From positions 3,382 to 67,381 of the IMG/VR virus record IMGVR_UViG_3300031885_000008: a stretch of DNA of 64,000 nucleotides; one strand, given 5' to 3'. Positions 49,434 through 58,743 of the stretch are shown here, piece after piece (position 1 is the first letter of the stretch; every line of letters begins with the position of its first letter). The stretch comes from a virus. The translations under genes and the position numbers were made by a program. Below the pieces are notes generated by a model. The model searched no databases and had not been told where the DNA came from. It saw only the letters and a list, made by a program, of their open reading frames with translations.

Positions 49434-49665
49434 TTTCAGGCTCCTCCTCCAAAACACCCCAGGATACCGACGGCTCCAACCCGCAAAAACGTATCCGAAG
49501 CTGCGCCTCGCACACCGCAGAGCACACGTGAAACTGACCCACCACCGAAGCAACTTCGAATCCCTTCCAGGGGAACGGAAGCTGACGACAGTACACGGCC
49601 GAAAGGTCACCGAGGCGATGCCCACAAACGTCACAAATCAAAGTTACAGTCGTTACATTTGACAT
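49414..49665 (-). CDS. Small zinc-finger protein
   Basis: CDVC...HVCSAVC. Confidence 0.55.
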   Translation of the reverse strand: MSNVTTVTLICDVCGHRLGDLSAVYCRQLPFPWKGFEVASVVGQFHVCSAVCEAQLRIRFCGLEPSVSWGVLEEEPENGAGEL

Positions 49666-49688
49666 GACGCACGAAAATTCTATAGACT
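49659..49688 (+). promoter_or_regulatory. Sigma70-like promoter, antisense to the packaging operon
   Basis: TTGACA-18bp-TAGACT. Confidence 0.5.
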
Positions 49689-49694
49689 CTGCAC

Positions 49695-49853
49695 CCGAGC
49701 TACCGCTTCGATGGAAAGCTGGCAGCCTGCCACGTGACCGTCACCTCGGCGCCGGTCACCCCCTGGCTCGTCGCTGAGCTACCGTCACGTGGTAGCCAGG
49801 AGGCCCGCCCGGAGGTCAACCCCCCCGCGTCTGGGCGGGTCTCCAACTATTTT
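49695..49853 (+). ncRNA. Candidate structured non-coding RNA
   Basis: 12-bp, 6-bp and 15-bp stems whose only non-Watson-Crick pairs are G-U on the + strand; promoter upstream. Confidence 0.45.
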
Positions 49854-51892
49854 CCCAAAATCCTTACGTTGCTCTGTGCCGACTGTCGTTCCTTACGCTT
49901 TCGACGATGCGTCTCATACATGCGCGATGCTTCTCTCGCAAACCAACTGTTATGCACGGCAATCCCCTCGACCACAAAAGATTCATCATGCTTGACGTGC
50001 AAGTTGCAGACAAGCCCCTCGTACATCACATGACGTGCGTACTCAATACGCACAACATCACCAGCGCCATCCTCCTGCATGCCGTCTGGAACCCCCGGGG
50101 CAAAGACGAAATCACTCTGCGGTCCTTCTCCAGCACGAAGTGACACGGCTGAACGGAAATCCCATGCATGCGGAACCGCCCTAGTCTCATGCTCAGGGTT
50201 GACCCATGGCAACGCCGACCATACCGGATGCTCCGCAGTCATGAGAATCTCTACAAACCCGCAGGCGCGCAACCGGACCGCATCCCCTCGATACCATGTG
50301 CACGTCGTCCCAGTGACCTCCTGCCACCTCGACTTGTGGGTGAGGACGAAGTCCCCTCGAACAACTTGCTCAATCGGGACAAGGCCGCGCTTCGTCACCA
50401 CGAGATACCCAGGTGCGATGCATGCCATGAGCAGGTCGCCGGTATGCCTGCCAGGATCGTACCCGACGAGGTCAGAAATCCATTTCCCAACCTGAGGGTC
50501 TACAATACGGTTTCCTTGCTGGCATGGAATGATCCACCGACCAGCCGCAAGCTCCCCCGCAAGACTCTCCACACCATACTCGGGCGAGAGCTTATTCCTC
50601 CCTGTCGTGAACGACCGGACGCGGAGACCAGGATATTTCTCCCTTGTCCACTGCAAAATAAACTCTTGGGCCGCATTATTCTCTACAACCATTACTGATC
50701 GAAACCGGTCGTGCACCGAAGCAAGCCGGTCGATGATCTCTGGTCCCTGCCACCTACCAGACTGAATTTCAAGAATCTGTCGAGACCCATCCGGCCAGGT
50801 CAACAGCGTAAAAATCACTGACAAATCCGACTTCTCTCGCCCGGTCGACACGTCCACACCAGAAACAACCATCACATTATCGGGCAAACCTCCCATAGCC
50901 AGGATCGAATCATTGATCTGAAATGCCTCTGCAAGCATCGGATACCGAGCCGCCAAGTCGTTCAGGTCCTGCACCAGCGGATGACCCTCCCCACGAGCTA
51001 GGCACGTCTCAATCCATTCCCTCTTGAACCTCGCCGTGCTCTCGTCCCGTGGCTGACAAAGCATCTGCCTCGAGAACTCCACCGGCCCCAGCGTCTTCGT
51101 GCGAACATGCTCGATGCGAGACAACGGCCAGCGTTCCGGCCACGTCGAGCGCCCAACGTCGTCGATCACGGGATACCGTTTTGCCCACCACCCTTGCCGC
51201 TCGAGAACATGCGCCATGTCATCCGGATGCCACGCGTTCGTCAGGAATGCGATCCACGCATCCTCCGACAGTCGCGTAAACGCCGATGAGCGGATCCACT
51301 CCTCTATCTTCTCCCGCTGATACCTCGTCCGCGTGTTGTTCTCGTTGAGGACGTCGTCAACGATGAGACCGTCCAGCCTGGCCCCCTGCATATTCCCACC
51401 CTCGGGCGAGTAGGCCTGCACCGATGGATCCTTTATGCCGCTCGGACGCCGCACTTCGATAGCCGAATCGGTCCAAAACAATCCCCGTCGGAGATTGGGG
51501 AACACATCGCGAAGGGTCTTGCTGTTCACGATGTAGCCTTGAATCGTACGGATGACCTTCTTCGCAGCATTCTGCGTGGCACTCAACACAGCAATTCGCT
51601 GGCGAGGATCACGCCCAAGAACCCACAACGGCCGGGCGATAGCCATCAACGAGGTCTTCCCGGCATCTGGATGCGTCCAGAGCACCACGTTCCGATTCTT
51701 CTCGAGCACGTCGCTCCACTCGAAATGGAACGGCATGAGCGTAATCGGCTCCCCCTTCTCTTCGTCCCGCAATACAAGGGAGCAAAAAGTCGGAAAATCC
51801 ACACGGGCACACTGAAGAAGCGAGGAGTACGCTGACGCCGACGCGGCCAGCAGAGGATGCAGGTCTTCCGACAGGTCAAGCCCAACTGACAT
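49847..51892 (-). CDS. terL: Terminase large subunit (intein-containing)
   Basis: Walker A HPDAGKT, Walker B LIVDD, nuclease GVDVS...VENN...GDLLMA. Confidence 0.93.
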   Translation of the reverse strand: MSVGLDLSEDLHPLLAASASAYSSLLQCARVDFPTFCSLVLRDEEKGEPITLMPFHFEWSDVLEKNRNVVLWTHPDAGKTSLMAIARPLWVLGRDPRQRIAVLSATQNAAKKVIRTIQGYIVNSKTLRDVFPNLRRGLFWTDSAIEVRRPSGIKDPSVQAYSPEGGNMQGARLDGLIVDDVLNENNTRTRYQREKIEEWIRSSAFTRLSEDAWIAFLTNAWHPDDMAHVLERQGWWAKRYPVIDDVGRSTWPERWPLSRIEHVRTKTLGPVEFSRQMLCQPRDESTARFKREWIETCLARGEGHPLVQDLNDLAARYPMLAEAFQINDSILAMGGLPDNVMVVSGVDVSTGREKSDLSVIFTLLTWPDGSRQILEIQSGRWQGPEIIDRLASVHDRFRSVMVVENNAAQEFILQWTREKYPGLRVRSFTTGRNKLSPEYGVESLAGELAAGRWIIPCQQGNRIVDPQVGKWISDLVGYDPGRHTGDLLMACIAPGYLVVTKRGLVPIEQVVRGDFVLTHKSRWQEVTGTTCTWYRGDAVRLRACGFVEILMTAEHPVWSALPWVNPEHETRAVPHAWDFRSAVSLRAGEGPQSDFVFAPGVPDGMQEDGAGDVVRIEYARHVMYEGLVCNLHVKHDESFVVEGIAVHNSWFAREASRMYETHRRKRKERQSAQSNVRILGK
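49949..50422 (-). mobile_element. Mini-intein (158 aa) in terL
   Basis: CIAPGYLVVTKRGLVPIE...TAEHPV...VCNLHV...FVVEGIAVHN followed by Ser; no endonuclease domain. Confidence 0.92.
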
Positions 51893-51908
51893 GCGTCTAC
51901 CTTCCTTC

Positions 51909-53140
51909 GGGCAGAGGGCTGTTGCCTTCAGGCGACAGATGAATGCCCGCTCCAACAAACACAATTTTTTGCCAAGCAGCTATCTTTATGCTAGCTTTCT
52001 CATGGTGCGTAAGACCTTCAAGTACCGACTATATCCGACCAAGGCACAAGCCAGCAAATTCGGCGCGATCCTTGAAGAATGTCGCTGGCTGTACAACAAA
52101 ATGCTGGAGGAGCACAAGTACACCTGGGAAGTCGAGTAGAAGGTGATTGGCCTGTACGACCAGCATGCTCGACTGCCTGCGCTCAAGTCGGCCAGGCCGT
52201 CTTTGGAAACAGCACACAGCCAGGTTCTCCAGAACGTCTGCCTCCGGCTTGACCTCGCATTCAAGGCTTTCTTCCGGCGGGTCAAAGCGGGTGAAGCACC
52301 CGGCCACCCGCGCTTCAAGAGCTTCGGCCGGTACGACAGCTTCACGTTCCCGCAAGCCCCGTCCGGATGCCAACTTCGTGGCGAAAAGCTGGTCGTGTCC
52401 AAGGTCGGTCCAGTCAAGATAGTCCTGCACCGTCCGGTCGAAGGCGTCGTCAAGACAGCGACGATCCGGCGCACAGCGACGGGCAAGTGGTTCGCGTTCT
52501 TCTCTTGCGAGCTTGAGCCAAAGCCCTTGCCAACCAGCACCGAGCGCGCAGGAATCGACGTCGGCCTCATGACGTTCGCGACCCTGTCGAACGGCGAGAA
52601 GATCGAAAACCCTCGGTTCTTTCGACGGGAAGAGAAGGCGCTCGCGCAAGCTCAGCGCAAGCTCTCGGCAACGCCTAAAGGCACGCCCAAGCGGGTCAAA
52701 CTTCGCAAGGCTGTTGCCCGTGTTCACGAGCGCAGCACGAACCGGCGGCACGACTTCATCCATCAGCAGAGCCGCAGGCTCGTCAACAGGTTCGGCCTGA
52801 TCGCAGTCGAAGACCTGAATGTCAACCGCATGGGAAGAGAGCGAAAGTTCTCCAAGAGCATTCACGACGCGGCGTGGTCGATGTTCTTCGCGTGCCTGTC
52901 CTTCAAAGCGGAAGAAGCTGGTCGGACGATGGTCGCGGTGAATCCGGCGTACACCTCGCAGGACTGTTCGCGGTGCGGACAGCGACAGCTCATGCCCTTG
53001 GCAGAGCGTGTCTACCGCTGTCCTTCCTGCGGGCTCGAACTCGATCGGGATCATAACGCGTCGCTCAACATTCTAGCCGTGGGGCTGCACGGCCTGGGCT
53101 TGCCCTAGAAGCCCTCGGCTTTAGCCGAGGGAGCAGTCAC
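51909..53140 (+). mobile_element. IS605/IS1341-type tnpB-only element 3
   Basis: Left end GGGCA-GAGGG-CTGTTGCC-TTCA-GGCGACAG-ATGAA-TGCCC; right end CCCTCGGC-TTTA-GCCGAGGG-AGCAGTCAC. Confidence 0.82.
52002..53108 (+). pseudogene. tnpB: TnpB interrupted by one in-frame TAG (52137-52139)
   Basis: MVRKTFKYRLYP...WEVE*KVIGLY in one frame; GIDVG / VEDL / DRDHNASLNI intact; TTGCCA-17-TAGCTT promoter. Confidence 0.85.
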
Positions 53141-53172
53141 CAAAGCAAACACGAAAGACCCAGGGCTGTTCC

Positions 53173-53433
53173 CTAAAAAGGAACAGATGGACGATAGGAA
53201 TGCATCGTCATCAGATCTGCTGGATCGCACACAACAGCCAGCAATCCGTGCAATTTGACCTGATTCGTACGGGTAGACTCACAGTCCAAGCAAACGTGGT
53301 CCCCCCCAAAACCAGAAACACGAAGGTCGCCGTCCATCTCCGACGCACCACAATCAAAGCAGGTCACGCCACGTTCTACTTTTGAGCACCTTTGCATACA
53401 ATTCCTCCTATAAGACGAAGAGCTACAAGGCAA
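53173..53433 (-). CDS. Small Zn-finger hypothetical protein
   Basis: CFDC...CLDC; start uncertain. Confidence 0.45.
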   Translation of the reverse strand: MPCSSSSYRRNCMQRCSKVERGVTCFDCGASEMDGDLRVSGFGGDHVCLDCESTRTNQVKLHGLLAVVCDPADLMTMHSYRPSVPF

Positions 53434-53507
53434 TAGAGCTACCCTGCCGCCCCATAGCTCGACCTGGCAAGTGGATTCAAGAAGGATTTGAAATGCAGAG
53501 GGTTAGG

Positions 53508-53741
53508 CTACTCGTCCAGCTCGACGATACGCTGCCAGCCACGCTCTATGGAGACATGACGTAGAGCTTTGAGCGCGACATCCGACACGGCGCCTTGAAG
53601 CATGAACGTGTCATACGAAGACATGGCGTCGTCGAATGAAAAGCACGAACGGTATTCGTCGACCATCTCGGAAAACGTCAACACGCGTTTTCTGCGAGAC
53701 CCTCTATACGGCTCTTGCATGGAGGCGGCGTACACCTGCAT
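53508..53741 (-). CDS. Hypothetical protein
   Basis: ORF next to AT-rich intergenic region. Confidence 0.4.
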   Translation of the reverse strand: MQVYAASMQEPYRGSRRKRVLTFSEMVDEYRSCFSFDDAMSSYDTFMLQGAVSDVALKALRHVSIERGWQRIVELDE

Positions 53742-53839
53742 ACTCCCAAGTTTAGCTCACCCACCAGATAAAGAAAAGAAAATACGAAACAGTTACGAAA
53801 ATCTCTAAGAAAATGTGACAACAAGCGCAATAACCTAGA

Positions 53840-54292
53840 ATGAAACCTTGGGAAATGGAAGTCATCTACGCCTACTTTGAAGACGACCTAGACGATGCGC
53901 AGAAAGCAAAGACGCTACTGCTCCCCGTCCACACGACCGTATACTACAACGGCGAGACCCTCACGATTGAAGTCCACCACGTTATGACCAACACCGCTCC
54001 AAACCTTCTAAAGCCACTCGAAGACGCAAACTGGCTGCGCATCACCGCTGGCGGTATCATTGCGACGTTCATGGTCGACCGCTCAAAAAAGACACTCCAA
54101 ATACAACTCGGAACCGTATCCAGAGGCGTGCGCTACCGTGTTGTGGAATTGATAAGCGTGGAGCCTGTGAACAAGGACGCCATCGTCCCCGACCCGGAAA
54201 TCAAACCAGAGCTGCCCACCCTCCAAGGCTACCAGCCCTCATCTCGCCGGCGACCTCCAGCAAAACGAACAGTCTCAAAAAAATCGCTTTAG
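53840..54292 (+). CDS. Hypothetical protein
   Basis: 150-aa ORF with no competing long ORF. Confidence 0.6.
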   Translation: MKPWEMEVIYAYFEDDLDDAQKAKTLLLPVHTTVYYNGETLTIEVHHVMTNTAPNLLKPLEDANWLRITAGGIIATFMVDRSKKTLQIQLGTVSRGVRYRVVELISVEPVNKDAIVPDPEIKPELPTLQGYQPSSRRRPPAKRTVSKKSL

Positions 54293-54777
54293 CCGGACTT
54301 CGGGCTAGACTGGATAAATTCCTCCCCCTCGCCAAGCTTGAAGTAAACGACGGACACGCCCGCCTCGGAAAATAAGGCCAGCGCAAGAATCAGATCTGGT
54401 CCCCATTTCTCAGACTGCAACCAATCGAAGGACGGCTCGAAACAGCAAACCCTCGAAATTCCCGATTGGATTAGCCCCGCTGCACAAACCGAACAAGGAG
54501 GACGCATGGTGTAGATGGTGCAGCCCTTCAACGCTACCCCCACCCGAGCAGCATGAAAAATCGCGTTGGCCTCGGCGTGCACAATCATGGAATATTTCAC
54601 AGGTCGGTTGGCGTATCTGTCTGGTAGGTCGTCGACCCCCCTCGGAAACCCGTTGAATCCTGTCGTACGTACTTCGTTATCCGGACCTACGACGACGCAA
54701 CCGACCTTTGTCGAGGGATCCCGGCTCTTGGCTGAAATCCATTCGCACATCCGAAAAAAGTACGTGTCCCAGTTCAT
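54289..54777 (-). CDS. dCMP deaminase
   Basis: KSRDPSTKVGC...GFNGFPRG...HAEANA...PCSVC. Confidence 0.93.
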   Translation of the reverse strand: MNWDTYFFRMCEWISAKSRDPSTKVGCVVVGPDNEVRTTGFNGFPRGVDDLPDRYANRPVKYSMIVHAEANAIFHAARVGVALKGCTIYTMRPPCSVCAAGLIQSGISRVCCFEPSFDWLQSEKWGPDLILALALFSEAGVSVVYFKLGEGEEFIQSSPKSG

Positions 54778-55382
54778 GGAGGCGAAGAAACCCTTCCGAT
54801 TTTCAACGAGAGGTTTGTCGATCCATTCTTCAGCTTCACCAAAAGCGAGCAGAGCTTTTGAATTGCCGCCCTGGCATAAACGACTTTGCTCGGAAACACA
54901 ACCCCAACCCGCTCTATTCCGAGCGTATGGCAGGCTTCGTCAATATACTCCCACGCCGCACACTCACGAACCAACCCTATTGCGATACGAAGCATATCTT
55001 GATCCAAGGCACAGTCGGCCCGATATTGCTCGAGTTGGTAGGCAGCAGTCCCGTAATACCGCTCGTCTGCGATCCCACAACCTATCTTGGCTTTGCTCAC
55101 GGCGTAGTCCACCTCACTCGTAGCCACCCATTCTAGAGCGCCTTCGGCACGCCGGAGCAGATCCATTGGCGCATACGCGAAAGTCACAGAGTCAAGGTCA
55201 CCCCACACCCCTACCGCACCAGCATGAAAGACAACGACCTCCGCCCAGTACGATGAATGCCGTGAGCTGCGGATTCCCCAGTGCCCTTCGTGATACGCCA
55301 CAGCTTGGTCATGCTCAAGAAAAGCACGCTCGGCCGCCTCACAAAGCTGGCTGTTGTATTCCTCCGTCGATAGTAACTTCAC
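54774..55382 (-). CDS. Hypothetical protein
   Basis: GTG at 55382 chosen to limit overlap with the methyltransferase; start uncertain. Confidence 0.55.
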   Translation of the reverse strand: MKLLSTEEYNSQLCEAAERAFLEHDQAVAYHEGHWGIRSSRHSSYWAEVVVFHAGAVGVWGDLDSVTFAYAPMDLLRRAEGALEWVATSEVDYAVSKAKIGCGIADERYYGTAAYQLEQYRADCALDQDMLRIAIGLVRECAAWEYIDEACHTLGIERVGVVFPSKVVYARAAIQKLCSLLVKLKNGSTNLSLKIGRVSSPP

Positions 55383-55908
55383 TTTCTCCAACCTTTCCCC
55401 ACGTAGTCCACCCAACCCGAGGGCCACTCGCAAACATTTCGAGGCGTGGTTCCGGCGATGCTTGCTCAATAATCCGAATCACCTCAACCGGCTTTTCAGA
55501 ATGACGACGTTTCGGCGCATGAATCAAAGTGCCCAACGTTCGAAGCGTAGGCTGCATGAATTTTCCAACTACACCAAATAAGCACAGCTCATGCTGCCCA
55601 CGAAAATATCGACCGAGTCCATAACTCGGCTTCGCCCAGCACAAATTCGTAACGTACCGAAATCCGAGCCTTCCCATCAGAACGAGCCCGTCGGGGAGAT
55701 GATTGTTGGTTACCCACAAATAAAGATGCGCCCCATCCAATTCCGGATTGAACGCACCGCTTCGACGGATTACCTGCTCGATCTCCTCCACTGTCTTGAT
55801 CAAGGTATAATGTCTATCCGCGCCACGTTTGCAAACTCCAGCACCCTGTTCGTGCCACGGCGGGTCTATCATAATCGTCCGAAAGCCGGTCAATTCGTCG
55901 CCTGCCAT
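55339..55908 (-). CDS. MT-A70 family adenine methyltransferase
   Basis: IDPPW...LYLWVTN...GRYFRGQHELCLFG...HSEKP...LEMFA. Confidence 0.92.
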   Translation of the reverse strand: MAGDELTGFRTIMIDPPWHEQGAGVCKRGADRHYTLIKTVEEIEQVIRRSGAFNPELDGAHLYLWVTNNHLPDGLVLMGRLGFRYVTNLCWAKPSYGLGRYFRGQHELCLFGVVGKFMQPTLRTLGTLIHAPKRRHSEKPVEVIRIIEQASPEPRLEMFASGPRVGWTTWGKVGESEVTIDGGIQQPAL

Positions 55909-56408
55909 CGCAAGAAGTTTGGGAACCCCTCGGGAATCTCAACCTGACTTTGAACACGTCTCCACGGGGTCAATCGCCCCGTCTTCATGTTGGCTGTGTA
56001 TATTCGCTGGGTGTCGAAATCCTTATGCTGGCAAACAGTCACGAGACATAGGCCATTCTTCACAGCATCCTCAACGGCAATTGGAATCATGTCAGTCTTG
56101 ACAGCCAACGTGAAAATAATGGCTCCAACTGCATGAAGCTCATCCGCCATTTTCTCGGAATACTTCAGAAGGGTAGCGAGCCCGGTACCTTCCTCTGGAA
56201 CGTTCAACACCACAATGTCGCTCAACGCATGTTCTGGATCGTTATTCTTTTGGGGTATGAGAATGACTAGGTCTCGAAGGCCGTCGTCACTCTTATATTC
56301 GTTGCACGCCCATTGTAGAATGTTCTTCCGAACTGATTCAAACCCATCTTCGGTCCATGGTTGAACACTGGGCGCCAATTTGATGTATGCAGATGTGACC
56401 GCTCCCAT
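55890..56408 (-). CDS. Hypothetical protein
   Basis: AGGAGG RBS and its own promoter. Confidence 0.7.
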   Translation of the reverse strand: MGAVTSAYIKLAPSVQPWTEDGFESVRKNILQWACNEYKSDDGLRDLVILIPQKNNDPEHALSDIVVLNVPEEGTGLATLLKYSEKMADELHAVGAIIFTLAVKTDMIPIAVEDAVKNGLCLVTVCQHKDFDTQRIYTANMKTGRLTPWRRVQSQVEIPEGFPNFLRWQATN

Positions 56409-56428
56409 ATGCTAGTCCTCCTACAAAA

Positions 56429-56457
56429 AGTCTAGCATTCCACAAACAATTGTGCAA
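56429..56457 (-). promoter_or_regulatory. Sigma70-like promoter
   Basis: TTGCAC-17bp-TAGACT with extended -10 TG. Confidence 0.65.
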
Positions 56458-56478
56458 TGTAAAAAATTGATGCCTCAA

Positions 56479-56742
56479 TTATTTATCCTTTCCAGTGACA
56501 GCGAGCAAATACTCACCATTTCTTACAGCACCTTTCCGGAGCACCGTGCCACGCCCTCGAAGCCGGGCTAGGTGATACCAGAGAGTTCCATTTGACGCCC
56601 CAGTTCGTTCCCGAAGCTGGGACACGGTCAGATGATCCCCATGCTGCAACGCTGAAATGATTTTGGCTTCAATACCGCAATCTGTCACAGGTCTTCCCCT
56701 TCCATAATAATTCACAGGACGCCTACAAATAAAGTAGTACAA
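56479..56742 (-). CDS. Winged-helix DNA-binding protein
   Basis: LTVSQLRERTGASNGTLWYHLARLRGRG. Confidence 0.7.
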   Translation of the reverse strand: MYYFICRRPVNYYGRGRPVTDCGIEAKIISALQHGDHLTVSQLRERTGASNGTLWYHLARLRGRGTVLRKGAVRNGEYLLAVTGKDK

Positions 56743-56863
56743 TCAAAATGCTGCAAAAAGCAACCCCATGAATTTATTTTTGTGGGAATATGTAGCCAAC
56801 GCGCTCAAACAATACTACACACTGTTTACAACGACACAATAACCTACATACTTCACTCAGCCC

Positions 56864-57547
56864 CTAATGTGAACTCAACTTCAACTCTACAAACTCCCCC
56901 TCTGGAAGAAACTCGAGCGCAACCCATGTATGAATTCCAACTTCCCATATTGGAATCCACAAACATTCAACTACATTTTCAATTACTTGAGGGGTATCCA
57001 CGACAAGAAATAGAAAGCAATCGTCTGATGGAAACGCACACTCCACATTGAACGAAGGAATCTTTCCATTGAGACCCCGAAGCGCCCCAATGCTGACCTT
57101 TTGGGCCGATACCAAAATCCGCGACTCGCGTGTTACGAAATCGGAATATTTCGTCCAAAACAGCTTCTCACACGCAGACCGCCCTGACGCATTCTTCGCT
57201 ACATCCGAAAGCAGCCATCCTCGAATCACATCTCGAGGAGCAGCCCCAACCTTGATAGCCTCTCGAATCATATCCCAACTGACGAAATCGCAGAGGATCC
57301 ATTGAAAAATATCCGCAGGGAGGCGTCCTGCCGCAGAGAGTCCAGCTTTTTGGTCCGCCCCCAAAGCCTCTGTAATCCTCAATATCGTCTCAACCCTTGG
57401 AGATGAAATCTCTGGATGTAACTCAAACCTGGAAATCAAAGCAGCAGAAACACCAGCCTTCCGAGCCAGCTCACGCGTAGTTATCTTCGCAATCCGACGC
57501 TGCTCTGCCAGCCACACTCCAAAGGTTCGCTGTACATTTGGGGACAC
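56864..57547 (-). CDS. XRE-family HTH transcriptional regulator
   Basis: FGVWLAEQR...TRELARKAGVSAALISRFE. Confidence 0.8.
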   Translation of the reverse strand: MSPNVQRTFGVWLAEQRRIAKITTRELARKAGVSAALISRFELHPEISSPRVETILRITEALGADQKAGLSAAGRLPADIFQWILCDFVSWDMIREAIKVGAAPRDVIRGWLLSDVAKNASGRSACEKLFWTKYSDFVTRESRILVSAQKVSIGALRGLNGKIPSFNVECAFPSDDCFLFLVVDTPQVIENVVECLWIPIWEVGIHTWVALEFLPEGEFVELKLSSH

Positions 57548-57574
57548 CTATCACCTTCCTTCCAAGTTGAGCAG

Positions 57575-57823
57575 CTACGGAAACCTACTGGGATCCGGAC
57601 GCCACCCAAAGTCATTCTCTACGATGAAACGAATACGAGTTTGTGCGCGTGGATAAACAGACTCAACCTGCTTCCAAGCCTGGTCCTGAGTCTCCGCATT
57701 GATGTACGCGCACATTGTTTCCGCATCTTCCGCGCCCCACCCGGTGTACCAAATCTGAAACGTCGCAGCCTCTTCTGCTATGAATGGCTCGAACTCGTAC
57801 CACGACAGCCAAAATGTTTTCAT
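57575..57823 (-). CDS. Hypothetical protein
   Basis: Start MKTFWLSW, ATGA coupling. Confidence 0.6.
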   Translation of the reverse strand: MKTFWLSWYEFEPFIAEEAATFQIWYTGWGAEDAETMCAYINAETQDQAWKQVESVYPRAQTRIRFIVENDFGWRPDPSRFP

Positions 57824-58035
57824 AAATCCTCTAAATCTGCACAGCGTACACAACGAGTAGGTCCGCCGGCCACGAGGCAGGAACAGTCACGACATTCCCG
57901 AATCGTTCCAAGCCCTGGAAGAAAACTCTGAGGAATACCGGGAGGCTCCTGAGGCGGTCCCTCGTGCTGTCGTCTATGCCACTCTTCAAGCCCCTGTAGG
58001 GATAGTTGCTCGGGCCACTCGTCAGACTGTTCCAT
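57820..58035 (-). CDS. Small Cys-rich hypothetical protein
   Basis: GGAGG RBS; CRDC...CVRC. Confidence 0.55.
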   Translation of the reverse strand: MEQSDEWPEQLSLQGLEEWHRRQHEGPPQEPPGIPQSFLPGLGTIRECRDCSCLVAGGPTRCVRCADLEDL

Positions 58036-58324
58036 TCAACCCTCCAACGAAAACGAGGTGATATTTTTGGTACGGCAAACGTCCAAGTTTGCGCATTGTT
58101 TCTTCCCCAAGTCTCACCCCTGTTCGAGGATCCCCGCAGCCTCCAGTTGAGATGCACTCGTCGCATTCGATGTTCCCAGCATTCTCATACTCACAATCGA
58201 AATCGCTTCCGTCTATCGTGTGAGTCCACCGTCCCAAACAAGGTATATTGAAACTCTCCTTGTTGAGAGAGCTGGGATTGAGGCCCCTTGACTTATGCCT
58301 AAATACTCCTCTTCCCTTTCCCAT
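58022..58324 (-). CDS. Hypothetical protein
   Basis: GAGGAG RBS. Confidence 0.55.
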   Translation of the reverse strand: MGKGRGVFRHKSRGLNPSSLNKESFNIPCLGRWTHTIDGSDFDCEYENAGNIECDECISTGGCGDPRTGVRLGEETMRKLGRLPYQKYHLVFVGGLNGTV

Positions 58325-58334
58325 GGCTCCTCCT

Positions 58335-58742
58335 CTAATCTTCTGCCGTCAAATGCGTTGGATGTATCTTCCTCAGTCGCTCGACCTCGGCCTCGGCACG
58401 TTCCGCACGCTCCTGAGCTTGCTTCACACACCACGAACAGGCACCGCAAGGGCCACGACCCGCAGCACGGGCCTCCGCACAAAATTCACCACCGCTGACC
58501 GCTGCAAGCGCGAGCGCATTCTGAAGCCGCTCCACAGCCTGCTTGACACGTTCGATCTCCTCCTGAGCGTAGCTCACAGGATAATCTCCAATCTGATACC
58601 CGCTCACGTAGAAGGAAACACCCCCAATATCTAGGCCCACCGGGATGTCTGTCTCATGCCCTGGACATCCGTTCGGTGTACATGTAGTCCAACAGTCGTA
58701 CTCGTAATACTCCACCAAATCAAGTTGAAGTGGCTTCTTCAT
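58335..58742 (-). CDS. Hypothetical protein
   Basis: Start MKKPLQ right after upstream stop. Confidence 0.55.
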   Translation of the reverse strand: MKKPLQLDLVEYYEYDCWTTCTPNGCPGHETDIPVGLDIGGVSFYVSGYQIGDYPVSYAQEEIERVKQAVERLQNALALAAVSGGEFCAEARAAGRGPCGACSWCVKQAQERAERAEAEVERLRKIHPTHLTAED

Positions 58743-58743
58743 C

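Noticed and set aside
51950-51965. Partial match of the TnpB-3 guide (CAAACAC) to its own promoter region
   Set aside because: Only 7 contiguous bases and not at the TAM-proximal start of the guide
52137-52139. Genome-wide TAG recoding
   Set aside because: TAG ends several well-defined genes (terL, scaffold, polyprotein, tnpB1) and no other gene is interrupted by it
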